Positions 48,464-62,300 of a DNA stretch of 64,000 bases are shown one piece after another (the first letter of the stretch is position 1; each line of letters starts with the position of its first letter). The notes under the pieces are model-generated. The model was not told where the DNA came from. It worked only from the letters and a program-made list of their open reading frames with translations, and did not search any database. The stretch lies in the NCBI GenBank assembly GCA_051362555.1, contig CM120643.1, forward strand, positions 3,410,001 through 3,474,000, written 5' to 3'. The translations under genes and the position numbers were made by a program. Source of the stretch: Lingula anatina. Its lineage: Eukaryota > Animalia > Brachiopoda.

Positions 48464-48590
48464 TGTAACTTTGAATCTGTGAGTTTTTTATATGGTAATC
48501 AGAGGATTTCATGCAACTGTTCATTTTTTGTCAAAAGCATCACAAAGGCTCTGAAATGTATTCAGTTTCCTTTCACATTTTTGCTGATAC
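48464..48590 (+). pseudogene. Fragment of a paralog of the CARD-TM gene
   Basis: CNFESVSFLYGNQRISCNCSFFVKSITKALKCIQFPFTFLL aligns without gaps to CNFESMSLLYGHQRVSCNCSLIIKTTKKVLKCIQFLITFLL (38545-38670). Confidence 0.85.
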
Positions 48591-48612
48591 TTGTGTTATA
48601 TATAATCATAGA

Positions 48613-49156
48613 AAGCTTGCGCACATATACAACGTCGCACGCAACCACAGAGTCGCGACAACAGAGAACAAACAATGAAATCAGAAAACAATACCTTCAC
48701 GTCATTTTGTAACGTATATATATGTATCATATTAACGTAAAAAATCAGAATGAGGACCGTAAAACGAAAAGCGCACATATACAAAGTCACACCCACTCAC
48801 AAAGTCGTGACATTTGGTCACGTACATATATATCGGTAACGTATGAATCAAATGGACAATTTTCACAGATAGTTGAAGGCAAGAAATCTTATTTGTCTCG
48901 TTTTCTTTCATTTTAATGTAGCATTAAGACATAAGTGCTGGCCCACAAAACGAAAGAAAACCAATGAAAATAGAATAAATAAATATTTACACGCTTCATG
49001 ATAACGTATGTATCAGTAACGTATGTATCATTTTAGCGTAACAAAGAAGAATAAGCGACGTGAAAACAAGCTTGCGCACATATACAACGTCGCACGCAAC
49101 CACAGAGTCGCGACAACAGAGAACAAACAATGAAATCAGAAAACAATACCTTCACG
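48613..49156. repeat. Direct repeat: 89-bp identical copies (48613-48701, 49068-49156) with degenerate units between
   Basis: AAGCTTGCGCACATATACAACGTCGCACGC...AATACCTTCACG occurs twice; a related GCGCACATATACAA motif lies near 48770. Confidence 0.85.
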
Positions 49157-52100
49157 AATGATGCGTAACTCAGTAAACTGATTCTTATGTGATTTGTTTT
49201 TTCTAAGAAGCATATTTGAGTTCATATGTACTGCTGAATAAAAATAAAAATGTTAGATATACATGTACAAACCTAAGTCGCCACAACTCTAGTGTTAAAT
49301 ATTTACAGTGCTAGAGCAATAGGCGACATCATGTTTTAATTGGGATTCTTTAATAATAATAACCTCATTTATTTGGGATGAAGGTCTATAGATGGACAAA
49401 ACAAAATGGTCTGTTTGTACAATAATCTGATGGTAACGTTTTAGATTGTGTTAAGCCACATCGTGTCTTCTCTAACGCAATCCCGCGACAATGCTATTAT
49501 TATTATGTAAACCAGGTGAGCATTTTGGTGAGAGGTATTCAGATAGGACCAAGGTCAGGAGGAAGAGGAAGAAGCTTCACGTGCCACATTGCCACAATTT
49601 CCACACGTAGACTGAAATTTTGGCACTGAGAACTGATGTGGTTTGTTGTAAGTACTGTATAGATGATATAAGGCAACACTGGTCGGTTTATGTTGACGAT
49701 ATTTTATCCGAAAGTATGCATTTCCCACTTCAGACGTAATGGCTCTTGGATATATTTCATTGAAATGAATGCTGAAATGAGCTTGGAAAGTTTAATAACT
49801 TTTTATATTGCTTTTTCCAGAAGGAAAGTATTTACTCATAAAGAAGTGAGAAGATTATTCCAGCCGTCCAAAGGTCTGAACGCGTTATTCCGTCTTAAAC
49901 AAAGCAAGACGACAAAAAAGGTAACTACTGTAACATTCTCAGCTCCCAATGGGTGCCTTTTTTATTTTTTGACAGTGACCTGTACAAATATATCCTGTTT
50001 ATTAAAGTTAACTGACAATAAACAAATTATTTTATAGAGAACTATCCGCGACCAGGAAAGCAAACGTATATTTGCTTGGCACTGTCGACCTCCCTTGACT
50101 TCATTTTTTTCTGATTGCAATTTCGATTACATACCGTCCTTGATATTATAATCTGAAATAAATTGTTTGCATAAAGTATTTGATTTTTAAAAAGTTGAGC
50201 TAAAGTGCCAGTATTCGGATTACGAATTTATTTAAGTGTGGATGCATTGGTATAAAGGAAGTGTTGAAATCATTCTGAAGAAGTTTTAAAAAGCACATGT
50301 AGCAATAAAATCCTGAATTTATATCACACTACCCACAAAATACGCAAAATAATGTATAACTAAGAAAGCCAAAAACCAATCAAGATTTTTATTAATATTA
50401 TGTATTTCACTTTGTCAAATCCTAAGATATTGTTATGAATTTTGTTTAATCCATTTCATTTTCACTTAATTTCAGTGCCTCATAACAACCGTCTACGATG
50501 AGAATGGACGCACTCCCAGAAAAGACATCAGATTCGTGTTCGCCAGTCACCCATGTCAACGTTGTCTTGTGTGCCGAAGTTTGTCGTATAGTCAACTTGC
50601 AGGGTTGACATTTGCTTTGGTTTGAAATGTGTGCTTTGGGTTGTAATATTCTGCATCAAAACGTGTATCAAATGAAGTGCAGCTTGTAACGAGTGTTTTT
50701 TTCATGAAACTTCCGATAAAATGGACTAAATCCAAGCGTCAACCTTGCACGTTGCTGTTTTATTATTATACATGTGTAAAAAAGTTGTAGTACAGCACTC
50801 TATCCTCGCACGATGTTTTTATTTTAATTTAAATTTTTGTTTATACTGACCAGTTTTCGAATCTGAAACGACACTTTTGAGGTTATACTAAAATGTCTTG
50901 CTTAGGTGATCTATGAAAATGAAAGTAATTGTAAAATTATCATTAAATAAAGTCCAGGCAGAGCACAGTGCTAGTACGACCGGTTCAATGTTTGATTGTG
51001 AAATTATATGTGTGGGCAAATATGTAATAAGACGCTTTGTTGTGCACTTAAAAATGCATGATTATTCATATAAAATTGAATACAAATATTAATTTTTATG
51101 AAGTTAAATTTAGAATAGAAAAATACGTAAAATGCATTCAGGAATCTTTTATTGTGGGTTCAAAGGAACAAATGAGCGAAACGTAAATTTACAACAAACT
51201 GTAAACGCTGTAATCCAAATTATGACACTTTTAAGAGTTATTGCAGAATTGCCCACACGTCTTAAAACGGGACTTTCTAAAATTGTGAATATGCGGTTAT
51301 GTCGCATGGTAAGAATAAACTTCCTTGGGTTCCCGGTATTTTGATATACTAGTACTATGTCTGATCAGTGATAGACCCATAGTTTTATTGCTGGGAGGAG
51401 TTCGTTTTCAGAAAATCAAATCAGGGGTTGGGTTAGTTTTTTTTCGCAATTAATAAGTTTTTGTTATTAAAGAAGGGAAATTAACTTTATACCTTCATTA
51501 CAAAGCGAAAATACTCACAAAGAGAAACTGTGATTAGTAGAAAGTGTTACCTTTTGCGTCAATTAAAATGTACATGTAGAACTGGCATTTATCGCATCTT
51601 TTACAAGTTGAAATTTTGAAAAATCCGAAACTAAAGTTGTCGCAAAGTTTTGATTTGGGGGAAATGGGTATTTCCCAGTAATTAAAGAAACTTGGTCAGT
51701 TACACGCCTAAAAACCCTTTTTCTTTTGTTTTTTTTTCTAATCAAACATGAAAAAACAAAAAAAATTATAAGAAAAATGACACTTTGATTGGTTAGAGTA
51801 AAAGATTTCCACAAAATTGGAAAGTCAGTGTTTTACTTAATGTTGATCTTGTTCTTGGTTCTTTCTTAATTCTATATTTCGGTCGGGATCAAGGAGTGAT
51901 TGAGAACAAAAGGCCTGATTAGGTGCCAGTCCTGCACGTGCTGTTGGGTTATTTTTGTTGAGTGTATCTTGACCACTGAACACCAGTGACCGTAGAGTTT
52001 ATTAGCATTTTCTGAGTTTTTTTAAGTAAACTTGTTTTTGCATAACCTTTTCTAATTTTGTGTACATATTGTTCATAAAAATAACTATGACTGGGATGAG

Positions 52101-52879
52101 GTTGTAAACTTGCCATGTCTTCATGCTGGTCTTGATTCGCAGGACGCATACATTTAAGTGTTCACTCAAAATTGTGCCACCTAAATCCTATTTTAAGATT
52201 TTAAGAGAAGAAAAATGAAGCAAAATATAAGGTACATATCCATTTACCTACAAGAAAAGCACTCATCAAATTAACAGAACTGAATAATGTTTGACTGCTG
52301 TTTGGTGTTGTGTGCGATCATCAGCATGGGGACATACGGTTAGTTGTGGGGTCATGAGTGTGTTCCCGCGTGCGGGGGGGAACGCTTACATGAGATCATA
52401 TGCATTTTGAATTTTCCATACTACCACCACCCTTGAATTTTGGATAAAAATGTCCCTTGGTGAAATGTTAGCTCACTCATAAGACAAATACTCCAATGTC
52501 AACTTTGAACGATTGCTGTAAAATACTTCCCTGCGAATCTACAACTTTCTTTTTTAACTTTGGGCAAAAATATAAAAAAGGGAGATTTCATGTTCTTTAT
52601 TAAAACCAAAACGATTGATCTTGAGCGACACTTTTCAAAATGCATAGAATCTCCCACACATTTAGTTGTAGATAGTTGTATTTAAGATTGATTTATATCT
52701 CAAATTGCGCAGTCGTTATGAAAATTACTTTTTATGTAGAGCCAAAATGTAATGTTTGGATTTTGCATACATCTGTATGGTGCAGTTGTTTGTATTTGTT
52801 ATAATAAATGTACATAAAAGTTGTAAAAAAAGATGATGTGTGACATGTCATATGTTCATTCTTGACTTTCTTTTCTTCA

Positions 52880-53260
52880 GCTCGACACGAACCTTTGGTT
52901 ATTAACTGAGTCGTCGTCTTCTCTTTCTTGGTCTGTCGCCTTACCTACTGCGCTACTGCCTCGGCTTGTTTTTCCTCATTCGTATGATCTTCTTGTAGTA
53001 GTTCAAATTGTTTATTTGAGTTTATTTTTGCAAAAGGTAATTTGCTGGGACCTAGAAGCGCCAGGAATCGAACATGGGGACCTTCTGTCTCTGAGGCAAG
53101 CGCGTTACCTACTTCTCTAAGTGTTCCCACCCACCCTCCCCGGGTAGACTTTCTTCTTATAGTAACCAAAGAAAAATTCTAATAGCACCCCTTTGTAATT
53201 CCAAAGTGCCCGAGCCAGGAATCGAACCCCAACCCCAGACTACCACTGAGCCATGTAGCC
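52880..53260 (-). repeat. Three tandem degenerate tRNA-derived (SINE-head-like) units
   Basis: A-box/B-box-like pairs: TGGCTCAGTGG..GGTTCGATTCC (53260-53206), TAGAGAAGTAGG..TGTTCGATTCC (53128-53051), TAGCGCAGTAGG..GGTTCG (52965-52880). None gives a complete cloverleaf. Confidence 0.55.
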
Positions 53261-53843
53261 ATCAGTAAAAACACTAAGACATTTTGAACATTCAATAAGT
53301 TTATTATTCGAGAAGTACAGATTGCTGTTATGTATTCAATTATTTTGAAACATATATCTGTAAAACATAATTGTCTTGAGTCTTTTTATTACTACACGAT
53401 TTAAAAAAATGTTTGAGATTCTGAAAGAAAACTTTTGATGTTTGCTATTCAATTCACTTCAAGATGTAACATGTAACATTCTTATCTATTCAACTTGACA
53501 AATAAACTATCTACCACACTTATGGTCTTATGTTTGCTCTTAATGACACAAAATAAACATTTCAACTTAAAAAACAATGGCGGATCTAATCTCTGCCCCC
53601 CTCCCCCTAGGAGAGAGACCCATTCTGGACTTACATGATAAAGTTCTCAAAATACTCCATCTCGCCCCAAATGTCAACATCTGACCCCTTTAAAATGTCC
53701 TGGATCCGTCATTGTTTCCTTTATATAGCAATGAAAATTATGAGACTTATATTTATTCTAAATGCTCTGTTTAAAATTGAGTGCTTTTTAAAGTCGAACA
53801 CGTATCGTTAGGAAGAAAAAAACTGACACAATTCCGTTGTTTA

Positions 53844-54056
53844 ACCCCCTTTACACTGGACGGCGTCTTTTCTGCGTCCTTTGTGCGACCATGAAATTGG
53901 CATCGGTCGTAGAAAGGACGGACAAGCAGCACTTTGGTTGCAGAATGAATGCTCAATGATTGGCCAGTTGTCGGCACGCAAAGTATTTCTTTTTCACTCT
54001 CAAACGGGGCCGTACTACGGGACGCAGAAAGGACGCCGTCCAGTGTAGAGGGGGCT
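53844..54056. mobile_element. ~213-bp MITE, PIF/Harbinger-like
   Basis: TIR CCCCCTTTACACTGGACGGCGTCTTTTCTGCGTCC / GGACGCAGAAAGGACGCCGTCCAGTGTAGAGGGGG; TTA on both flanks. Confidence 0.85.
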
Positions 54057-54190
54057 TTAATTAAGCAAAAAAAAAAAAGTGTCAAAATACGTAAAAAACA
54101 AATACAGCGTTTAACCAGCTTTTAACAAAATTGAAAGAATAATGAACATTAGATTATAAAAGAAATATGAAATTGAAAAAAAATCCTTTT

Positions 54191-54546
54191 TAGAAAACAA
54201 ACTACATGTTCACTTATGAAATTTGGGTTAAAATCCAAGGAACAGATCACGATATTTCTCACATTTCCTATATCCATTTTTTAATTAGAAAACAAACTAC
54301 ATGTTCACTTATGAAATTTGGGTTAAAATCCAAGGAACAGATCACGATATTTCTCACATTTCCTATATCCATTTTTTAATTAGAAAACAAACTACATGTT
54401 CACTTATGAAATTTGGGTTAAAATCCAAGGAACAGATCACGATATTTCTCACATTTCCTATATCCATTTTTTAATTAGAAAACAAACTACATGTTCACTT
54501 ATGAAGTCTGGGTTAAAATCCAAGGAACAGATCACGATATTTCTCA
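54191..54546. repeat. 95-bp tandem repeat, ~3.7 near-identical units
   Basis: TAGAAAACAAACTACATGTTCAC starts at 54191, 54286, 54381 and 54476. Confidence 0.95.
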
Positions 54547-57500
54547 TTGTTCTAAATACGAGAAAACAACCCTAATTTCTGCATCATTTAGTCGATAGAA
54601 TGAAAGATACTGGTAAGGTATAATACCCGAAAACGATTAAATTTGGAAAATAAAACAAATTTCATTCACATAAATGGTCCCATCATCTTTACCCAGAACC
54701 TGTACTTTTTCAACAGATTAATGGCAAAAATGTATATTTCAGAATAAAACGTGTCATATCTTATATTGTAAGAACTACATTCAGAGATAAGTAAAACACG
54801 AAAGAACATGTAGTTGCTTTTCCATCATATGAATGATATTTACATGAACAAAATAAGCTTTTCAAGAAGGGAATTTTCGCAAATGGAAATTGATATTTGT
54901 AAATTCTACATACTTTTACAAGTAAAACAAAATAATCGCTCTTGGTTCATAAAAATACATCTTTTACAAAACAAGACAGCAAATGCCTTTTTATCTGAAC
55001 ATTGAAAGAAAGACACACAATGAGCGTCAATCGTAAAGTTCTAGATTTCAGTCCATTTGGAGAATGAGGCTGAAAAATTACCCTCTGCTTAGTGACTTAG
55101 AACCAAATGAACATCTGTCATCTATCTATCTATCTATCTAGAGACATATCTATTAATATCTGTAAAAAAAAAAAATCTATCAGTCGCCCTGGTAGAGGGT
55201 AGTGAAGAATATAGTCACACCGGTAAAAAAAAGGGAAATTAACAATTCGTAGAATTTATCAACGGTTTTGATGATGTGTCTTGGTGATTTAGGTGAAATT
55301 GCTGGCTAATATAGAAAAATATTTGGCTTTAAACCGACATAAAATTGGTATATTTTTGCGCACTTAATTCGCATTCGATCTAAACTAGAAAGTCACCCTT
55401 TGCTGTCTTGCTAAAGAATATCACATATAGCACCATTTCGCACGACACGCGTGACGAACTTGAAACTACGATAGTAAAGAACATATTTCAGTGCAACAAA
55501 ATAACTTTTCTAACTGAATACCATACATTCTAATATAACGTTCTAAATATTCCAATAATAATAATAACAGAATAAAATTTATTTATAGTCTAAAATCCAT
55601 ATAAAATGTTCAGTAGACTTTACAGGGGTAAAATGGACAGAATGAGATTAATCGAGTAAATAAATAAATACACAGTAAAAATGTTAAGATATTAAAATGG
55701 ATAGTAGGTACAATGTAAAGATAAAAAGGCCAGTCAAATCAGTTATAAAACTTTTTGAAAATAAAAATTTTAATTGTCTTTTTAAATACTACATTTAATT
55801 TGTAAAAAATCCAAATTCGTGATGTTATGTTGATAAAAAACACGAAAAAGACACCTTTGGACAGAGCCCTTTCAACTCGGTTCCAAACAGCATTTCGAGC
55901 CATCAGCTCGCCCCTTATGTATTGAAGGCTTTATCTTATAATATGTCACGCAGAAATCAATACAACTACAATTTAGCTCAAAAATTTCATTGAAATGAAA
56001 TATTAAGTCTTAATATCGCAAATATTCGAAATAGAGGTATATTAATATATTCCCTTTATACTTGAATAATGTTCTTTACTTCGGAAATGGACGTTTGTTA
56101 CTATACCTATGATATATTCTATAATTCCACTACCAACCGCTCACTAAATATCAATATGCCAATAGCCAGACTCTCACAATACATATCACAACATTTTCCC
56201 CTCCTTGGCCATTTCTCACGGTAAACATCCACTGCCACTACTAATTCTATCGACGAAGGTCAAAATACTGAACATGAAGTGCAACTGCATCTTCCTTTGT
56301 TTTATGAGACGTGATGAGATGAAGTGAATGTGGAAATAAATGGTACGTGGGGAAAATGTTGGGAAATGATCAAAAAACCACTTTTAAACAAACGGGCGTC
56401 AAAATATTTTTCAAAAATGAATCACAAATAACTTATCACCAAATACCTAACATTGATTTCTTAAAACGTTATACTGATATGGCTGAAATTACGATATTCT
56501 TATACTTAATATCTAAGCCGCCTTCGCTCCACTTCCTGATCACTCAGCACTGAGGCAGTGACGTCTCCTTCCAGGCTGTCCATCCCATTACATTCATGGT
56601 AGGGGGAGGTGACAGGCTGAAGTGACCGCCTTTCCTTTTCAACTCTCACCAATATTTTACGGATGAAACTTCATTTGTAATTTACAACATTAAAAATACA
56701 TTGGACAAGTTTGTGTTCAGTATATTTCAAAAAATGCCAGACAAAAATTAACTTCAGATCCTTATCAACCCCGTGACGACATTATGTAGGTCACTGGCTT
56801 TCTTGATATGACTCAATAAGGTCCACTGATTTGAATATCTGAGCAGTTTTTGCTATGTTTGACCAAGTAGACCTTACTATAGAGACTTCGGTGTTTTGAT
56901 TCTGATGCTGCCTCAACCATGATTGTGACGGACCCCACAAAATATCAGCCCATTGTGTTAGTGAAGACATAACGCGAGGCGGGGAGGGGGGATAAAAAGT
57001 TCATACAGAAATTACCTAATAAGCCATTGGAAATGACAATATGATATTTTAGTTTAAATTAGATGTCGACGAAGCATTCAATAGAGAAATATGGATTAAA
57101 AAGAAATACGTTGAAATAAAACGGCACAAATATTATGGGGGGAGGGTATGATGATGGTATAAAAGGTTTGGGAGAGTCGGGGAAATTGAGTTTTGAGTGC
57201 GTTCGGGTGTTTACCGGTGTCCTTTAACTTTAACACACCAGGTTATACAAACTTTTACAACTTTTGTCTCTAAAAAAACCTGTTCAAATTTATATTTTTC
57301 TACTTATATAACTACCGTATGTTTCAACTATAATAATTCACAAAGATGGACTTCGAATTCCAAGATGACGTCTATTGAGAAAGAGCGCCATTACTAAAAA
57401 CGCAGCACTAGAAAATTAACTGGCAAAGCGTCAACGCTACGAAAGGAACTAAAATTGAAATAAGTTCCAGCAAATGTTATGCTGATGTTATGCTAGAAAA

Positions 57501-58411
57501 TCACCGTGACATTATAATTTAGCGCTGATTTACTCTATCAAATTCTTCCTCTGAAATGTTGTCCCAATGAATAAAATTGAAGCTTACATACTTGTCTATC
57601 ATGTCTTGAATTTGAAATTTTAAAAGATTAAAATAGAAAGAAATTATAGGCATTTTTCATTGAATTTAGCGTTTTTACACACAACGAACGCGACACAACA
57701 TAATGGCGCGTGAAAAAACGACGTAAAATCTCTACGCAGTGTCGACAGAATTTACGTGAAGTCAAATTTTGCTATTTTTGAACTACACAAACTGTCGGCG
57801 ATTATCACATTAAGTATGTTTGCCAACTTGCACGAAATGTTGCACATTTTCATATATGCACTAGGGCCTATTTGTGCAATTATCCAGAATACATCAGAAA
57901 ACATAAGAAATGCTAATGAATGGGATTTAATGTTTTTGCCGAACTGTCCCCATAGGCAATGGGCTAAAAGAGAGAGTTGTACAGATTGCGGTTTGAAGGA
58001 CAGAATGATAATTTGTTTTTTTAAATAAAGAAAAAGTGATTTTTTTTTCGAAGTGAGATATTTGGGACTTCACAAAGAAACCTCAACTATATTTAAAAAA
58101 ATGTTCCAGTAACAAAGCTAGGCTAACGACGTGAGTGTCACCTCTACCTGAGGTGTGCAATAAGCTGAATCCCCGATGAAAGCAACATAACGGAGACTGA
58201 AACGGAGCGCAAAAATTGTCTTGTTTTAATTATTGATTAAAACAGGCTGTTAGTATGACCAATCTGATGAACCTCTTGAAACATTGAATGACTTTCTTAA
58301 TTGCAGATTTGATTTTCCTGTATCATTTTGTGTAGTTAAAGCATTCTACTATAGCAAACTGCTAACAACACATTTCTAACCGAGGCGTTATTTTCCTAAG
58401 CATAAAAGTTA

Positions 58412-58413
<2 letters not shown>

Positions 58414-58454
<41 letters not shown>
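58414..58454. repeat. (TG)n microsatellite
   Basis: Seen directly. Confidence 0.95.
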
Positions 58455-58456
<2 letters not shown>

Positions 58457-59117
58457 CGGGGTGGGGGACGTAGGTCGTGCGAGGGAAACTTCCTCTCTGG
58501 CAATTGTCCATGTTGACAGGTATTTAATGGTCCGGGAGAATAGAGGAAGTTGAGTTACAACAGTGATTATGCTACAGTATTTGACCTCAAACTTTCTCAA
58601 CATGACCGTGACGTTGTCCATGAATTTCATCATATTGTGCTAGTGAAGACAGTGATAAATGATAGAGGGCGCTGATATGATCATTTTTCTTATAATATCT
58701 TCGGAGTCTCATAATAATTTTTTTTAAATACTCGGAACTTTTTGTACTGAATTCACTTATTTCAAAAGTGTCCATATGTCATTAATTTCATTTATATGAA
58801 AAAAGAGTTCCAAATAACAGTGGTAATCGTACTTGAGGCCCCTGCAGGCGATGTTTTTTTCTCTGGGAATTCACGTGGAGACGTTGTCCAGGATCGAGAA
58901 GCTATCTCTATCTAAGAAGCTAATTCCTTGTAAAATTTTACCTGTATATAATAACACGCTTTATATAAATGATCATGGACCGATTTGATCAATACTTTCA
59001 TCAAAATGCAAGCTTTATTATTTTCTTATTCTTTTCTTAAAAATTCCAGTCCTGGGGGAATCTGTCCAGTGCGGACGGCTCCTACAATTTCTTTGTAGAA
59101 TAAAAGAACTCTAACAT

Positions 59118-59395
59118 CTCGTGATTGATAGATATCAATCAAAGCTGTCAAATTTGACAGTTTGAGTAAACATACGTCAATCACATCCATACCGCCAAAG
59201 AACTTTTATCTCCTGTGATTGATAGGTGTCAATCAAAGCTGTCAAATTTGACAGCTCGATTGACGGTTAGTTAAACAAACGTCAATCACAATCATCCTGC
59301 AAAGGAGCTTTTACTTCCTGTGATTGAGAGGTGCCAATCAAAGCTATTAGAAGTGGATGGCTTGATTGGCAGTTATATAAACAAACGTCAATCAT
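59118..59395. repeat. Three degenerate ~95-105 bp tandem units with internal palindromes
   Basis: GTGATTGA..TCAATCAAAGCTGTCAAATTTGACAG..ACGTCAATCA recurs near 59120, 59213 and 59318. Confidence 0.75.
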
Positions 59396-62300
59396 CATAC
59401 TGGTGATCAAGTACAGCTGTTGAACAATGAATACGCCGTATGTCCCCGGGATTATTTAAATGAGTAAATTAAAATTAGGCGTCATTAATGAGTAAATACA
59501 GTGTATAGGCATGTGCAAAAAACAGATATCTTTTACAGTTTAGGGTGCCCGTGTTTAAATTAAAAAGTCTCGGTCTTGCATTTCTATACAAGCAGGAACT
59601 TTTTTAGTCATGTTAAAAATAAGTCCAAGCTACGCTTGCGGTTGGAGATTGTCAGCAGGAGGACTGTTCAGTTTAGATGTTTAGAAGATTGAGAGCACAG
59701 GAAAGAGTTTGAAATCCCCAAAAAATGCAAGTCTGCTCTGCGCCAGTATAGCTATGTAGTCTCACCTTGTTTTGAGGGACACATTTTACTTTGTATTGTA
59801 GACTCCAAAGGCTATCCTTCAGTTACATGTACACATCAACTCTATGGCATGGAGTGTGTTCACCCGGATTGAAAGAAAAAGGGAATAGGGCACAGGATAA
59901 TTACCCACAAAATAAACAAAATAAGAAATAAATACACGATAATAAATGAAGTTCGCAGTGAAATACATATGTTAAATCCCAGGTCAAAATAGATAATAAC
60001 TAGAAGTATTAAAAACTACTTTAAAGGTAATGTATTGGCCGTTTTAATACATACATTGATTTTCTGTGACAAATAAACCCAGTGTAGTTTCGGTGTCTAC
60101 TCTATACCCGCATATTAGTACAACACATAATCTACGTTCACATTTAAAAATGTCCTCATGTCTACCTTTTTTATCATCAGCCTGTGATGCAAACAACGAA
60201 ATTTAGAGAAAGTAGATGCGTATATTATGAATATTTCCAGCGTTATGATTTCGGTTTAGAAATGTTTTGAAACTTATCGATCTTGCACGAAGACAGTCCA
60301 GTCTGACCTGCAAAGTTTTCCAAAAAATAAATGTTATTTCCAGCCCACACGTACTCAAAACCAAAATTTATTTATTTCTTTATGATAAGTACCGTAGGCT
60401 GAGAAAAATGTTTGCCGGGGGGGGGGGGGGAGTATAGAGCTTACTCCCCTCACCCACCCCGCCCTTACATTTTCAGCCACGTCAGTTCTTAGCGGAGAAG
60501 AGGATGCTGGGCCCAGTTCATTTCTTTACGCCTTACATATTTATAAACAAGTTCTTGATACATGGCATCGAGGACCGTGACCCCAGTCAGTCCTAGGCCA
60601 ACTTCAAGTGAGTAAATTTCTCGTTGCCCCCCCCCCCCCCCACCTCCCTTCTCCTACTCAGCGATTCAGTGTTTGCACTGATGTCATATTTGCCTGCAGC
60701 TTGACAGACGAGACACTTACTTGACATGGAACACCCCCTGACGTATTTTACTGATAAGGTTGGACCTAGAGGAGTGGTCAGGAACCCATTACGGAGAACG
60801 ACTTCTCACTGTCCTTGTTCATCCCCTAGCTTCAGGTTAAACATACCATATCTCATAACATTGGTTTATAGTCATGTTATTCAATTGATGTTTTCATTCT
60901 TGCAAAATCAGTTGTTTGTGTGGACAGAAATTTTGCTATTTTACAGAAAGAGCTTATATTGTTATCATGGTGACGATGTGGTAAGTGTGCTTGTAAATGA
61001 AATTAGCTAGAGGATTACGTGGGCTTCATTGCGGCAGTTGCCCCTCTCCCAAAATATGGGCTCCATGAATATTTGAAGACAATGCAAAAAACGATGACTT
61101 AGACAAAGACGAATGACGGGGAAAAAACAATGAGCAGAAATTTCGGTATCTTTAATTATTACTTTTAGTGTTGGTGTTTTATTGTAGAAAGTGCCCTCAC
61201 CAATCTTTCATTGCTTTATTCGTTTTTTATCAACGTATTATGATGGACCCGGGAATGTTCAAGTTGGAGCACTGATACAAGATCTGTAAAAGAAAAAAAC
61301 TAAAGAAAATGGCATGAAGAAGGTCTAGAAAAAAAGGTGTCTGGCAACCCCAGTACACGCTTTACATTTTTCTGTGGGAACAACTCAATATTTTTCACAA
61401 GGGCCAGGCTGTCATCCATCAAGAGAAGATCGGTGAGGATGACACAGCACTATTGGACCTGTTCATCTGTTCAGTTTAACCCCTTGTCTGTTACGTAAAA
61501 CGCTTTAGTTAAAGCTCAAGTTAGGATTTAATATCTTTATCTACGTCAATATAACCGCTTTACGTCTTCTCCAGTATTGATTTTGTCAGCAATGGAATCC
61601 GGTAGAATAAAACCGAGACCTCAGTCTAATGTAAAAGTAATGATAAATAAAATTTTATTCTAGTAAATAATCTATTTTTGAGATAGTCTGATACATGCAT
61701 CAATGTTTTATATTTACTTCGTCTCTGTGTAACAGCAGCAGAAGTCTTTAAAGAAGTCCTCAAAGCATTGTGTACCATTGACTGATTTGCAGCTACCTAC
61801 AGGACAGTCTACTTGATGTGTACCAGTAGTATTGCGGGGATTTTGTCATTAATGAGCAGATATAAAGTACAATGGTTGGACCAGCTCGAGATTAAATTCC
61901 TTATTATCTGTGTAAAAAGCAACACTGTTTTGTAATGTAAACGTATTCGCCGTAGCCCGTAGCCCGTAGCCACTTACGATGCAAAATAAAATTTAAAAAA
62001 AAGCATGGAAAATCGTTTACGATTTCATCGCGCAGTACGCTTTTCAAATGTAATCTAGGCATGAGAATTAAATTTATAATCTAATAACGGTAATAAAATG
62101 AAAATACACTTCTCCGGTGGATATGAGTTATCACTTTTTTGGTGTTTTTGATATGATGATTCTGCTGCATCTAGAGTATTTCGATACAAAAAAAAAATGC
62201 CTTTAGTGTAGTATAGATATACCGCCTCGTATCAAATCCTGTCGAAAGAAACAGCAAAAGTTTTGGAGTGATATATCAATCATATTTGTTTCTTTTGTAT

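Noticed and set aside
53051-53260. Functional tRNA genes
   Set aside because: Acceptor and anticodon stems do not pair properly, and one unit lacks the anticodon arm.
54191-54546. Regularly spaced repeats (also the 138-bp and 160-bp arrays) as a possible CRISPR array
   Set aside because: Whole units repeat with no unique spacers, no cas genes, and the context is eukaryotic.
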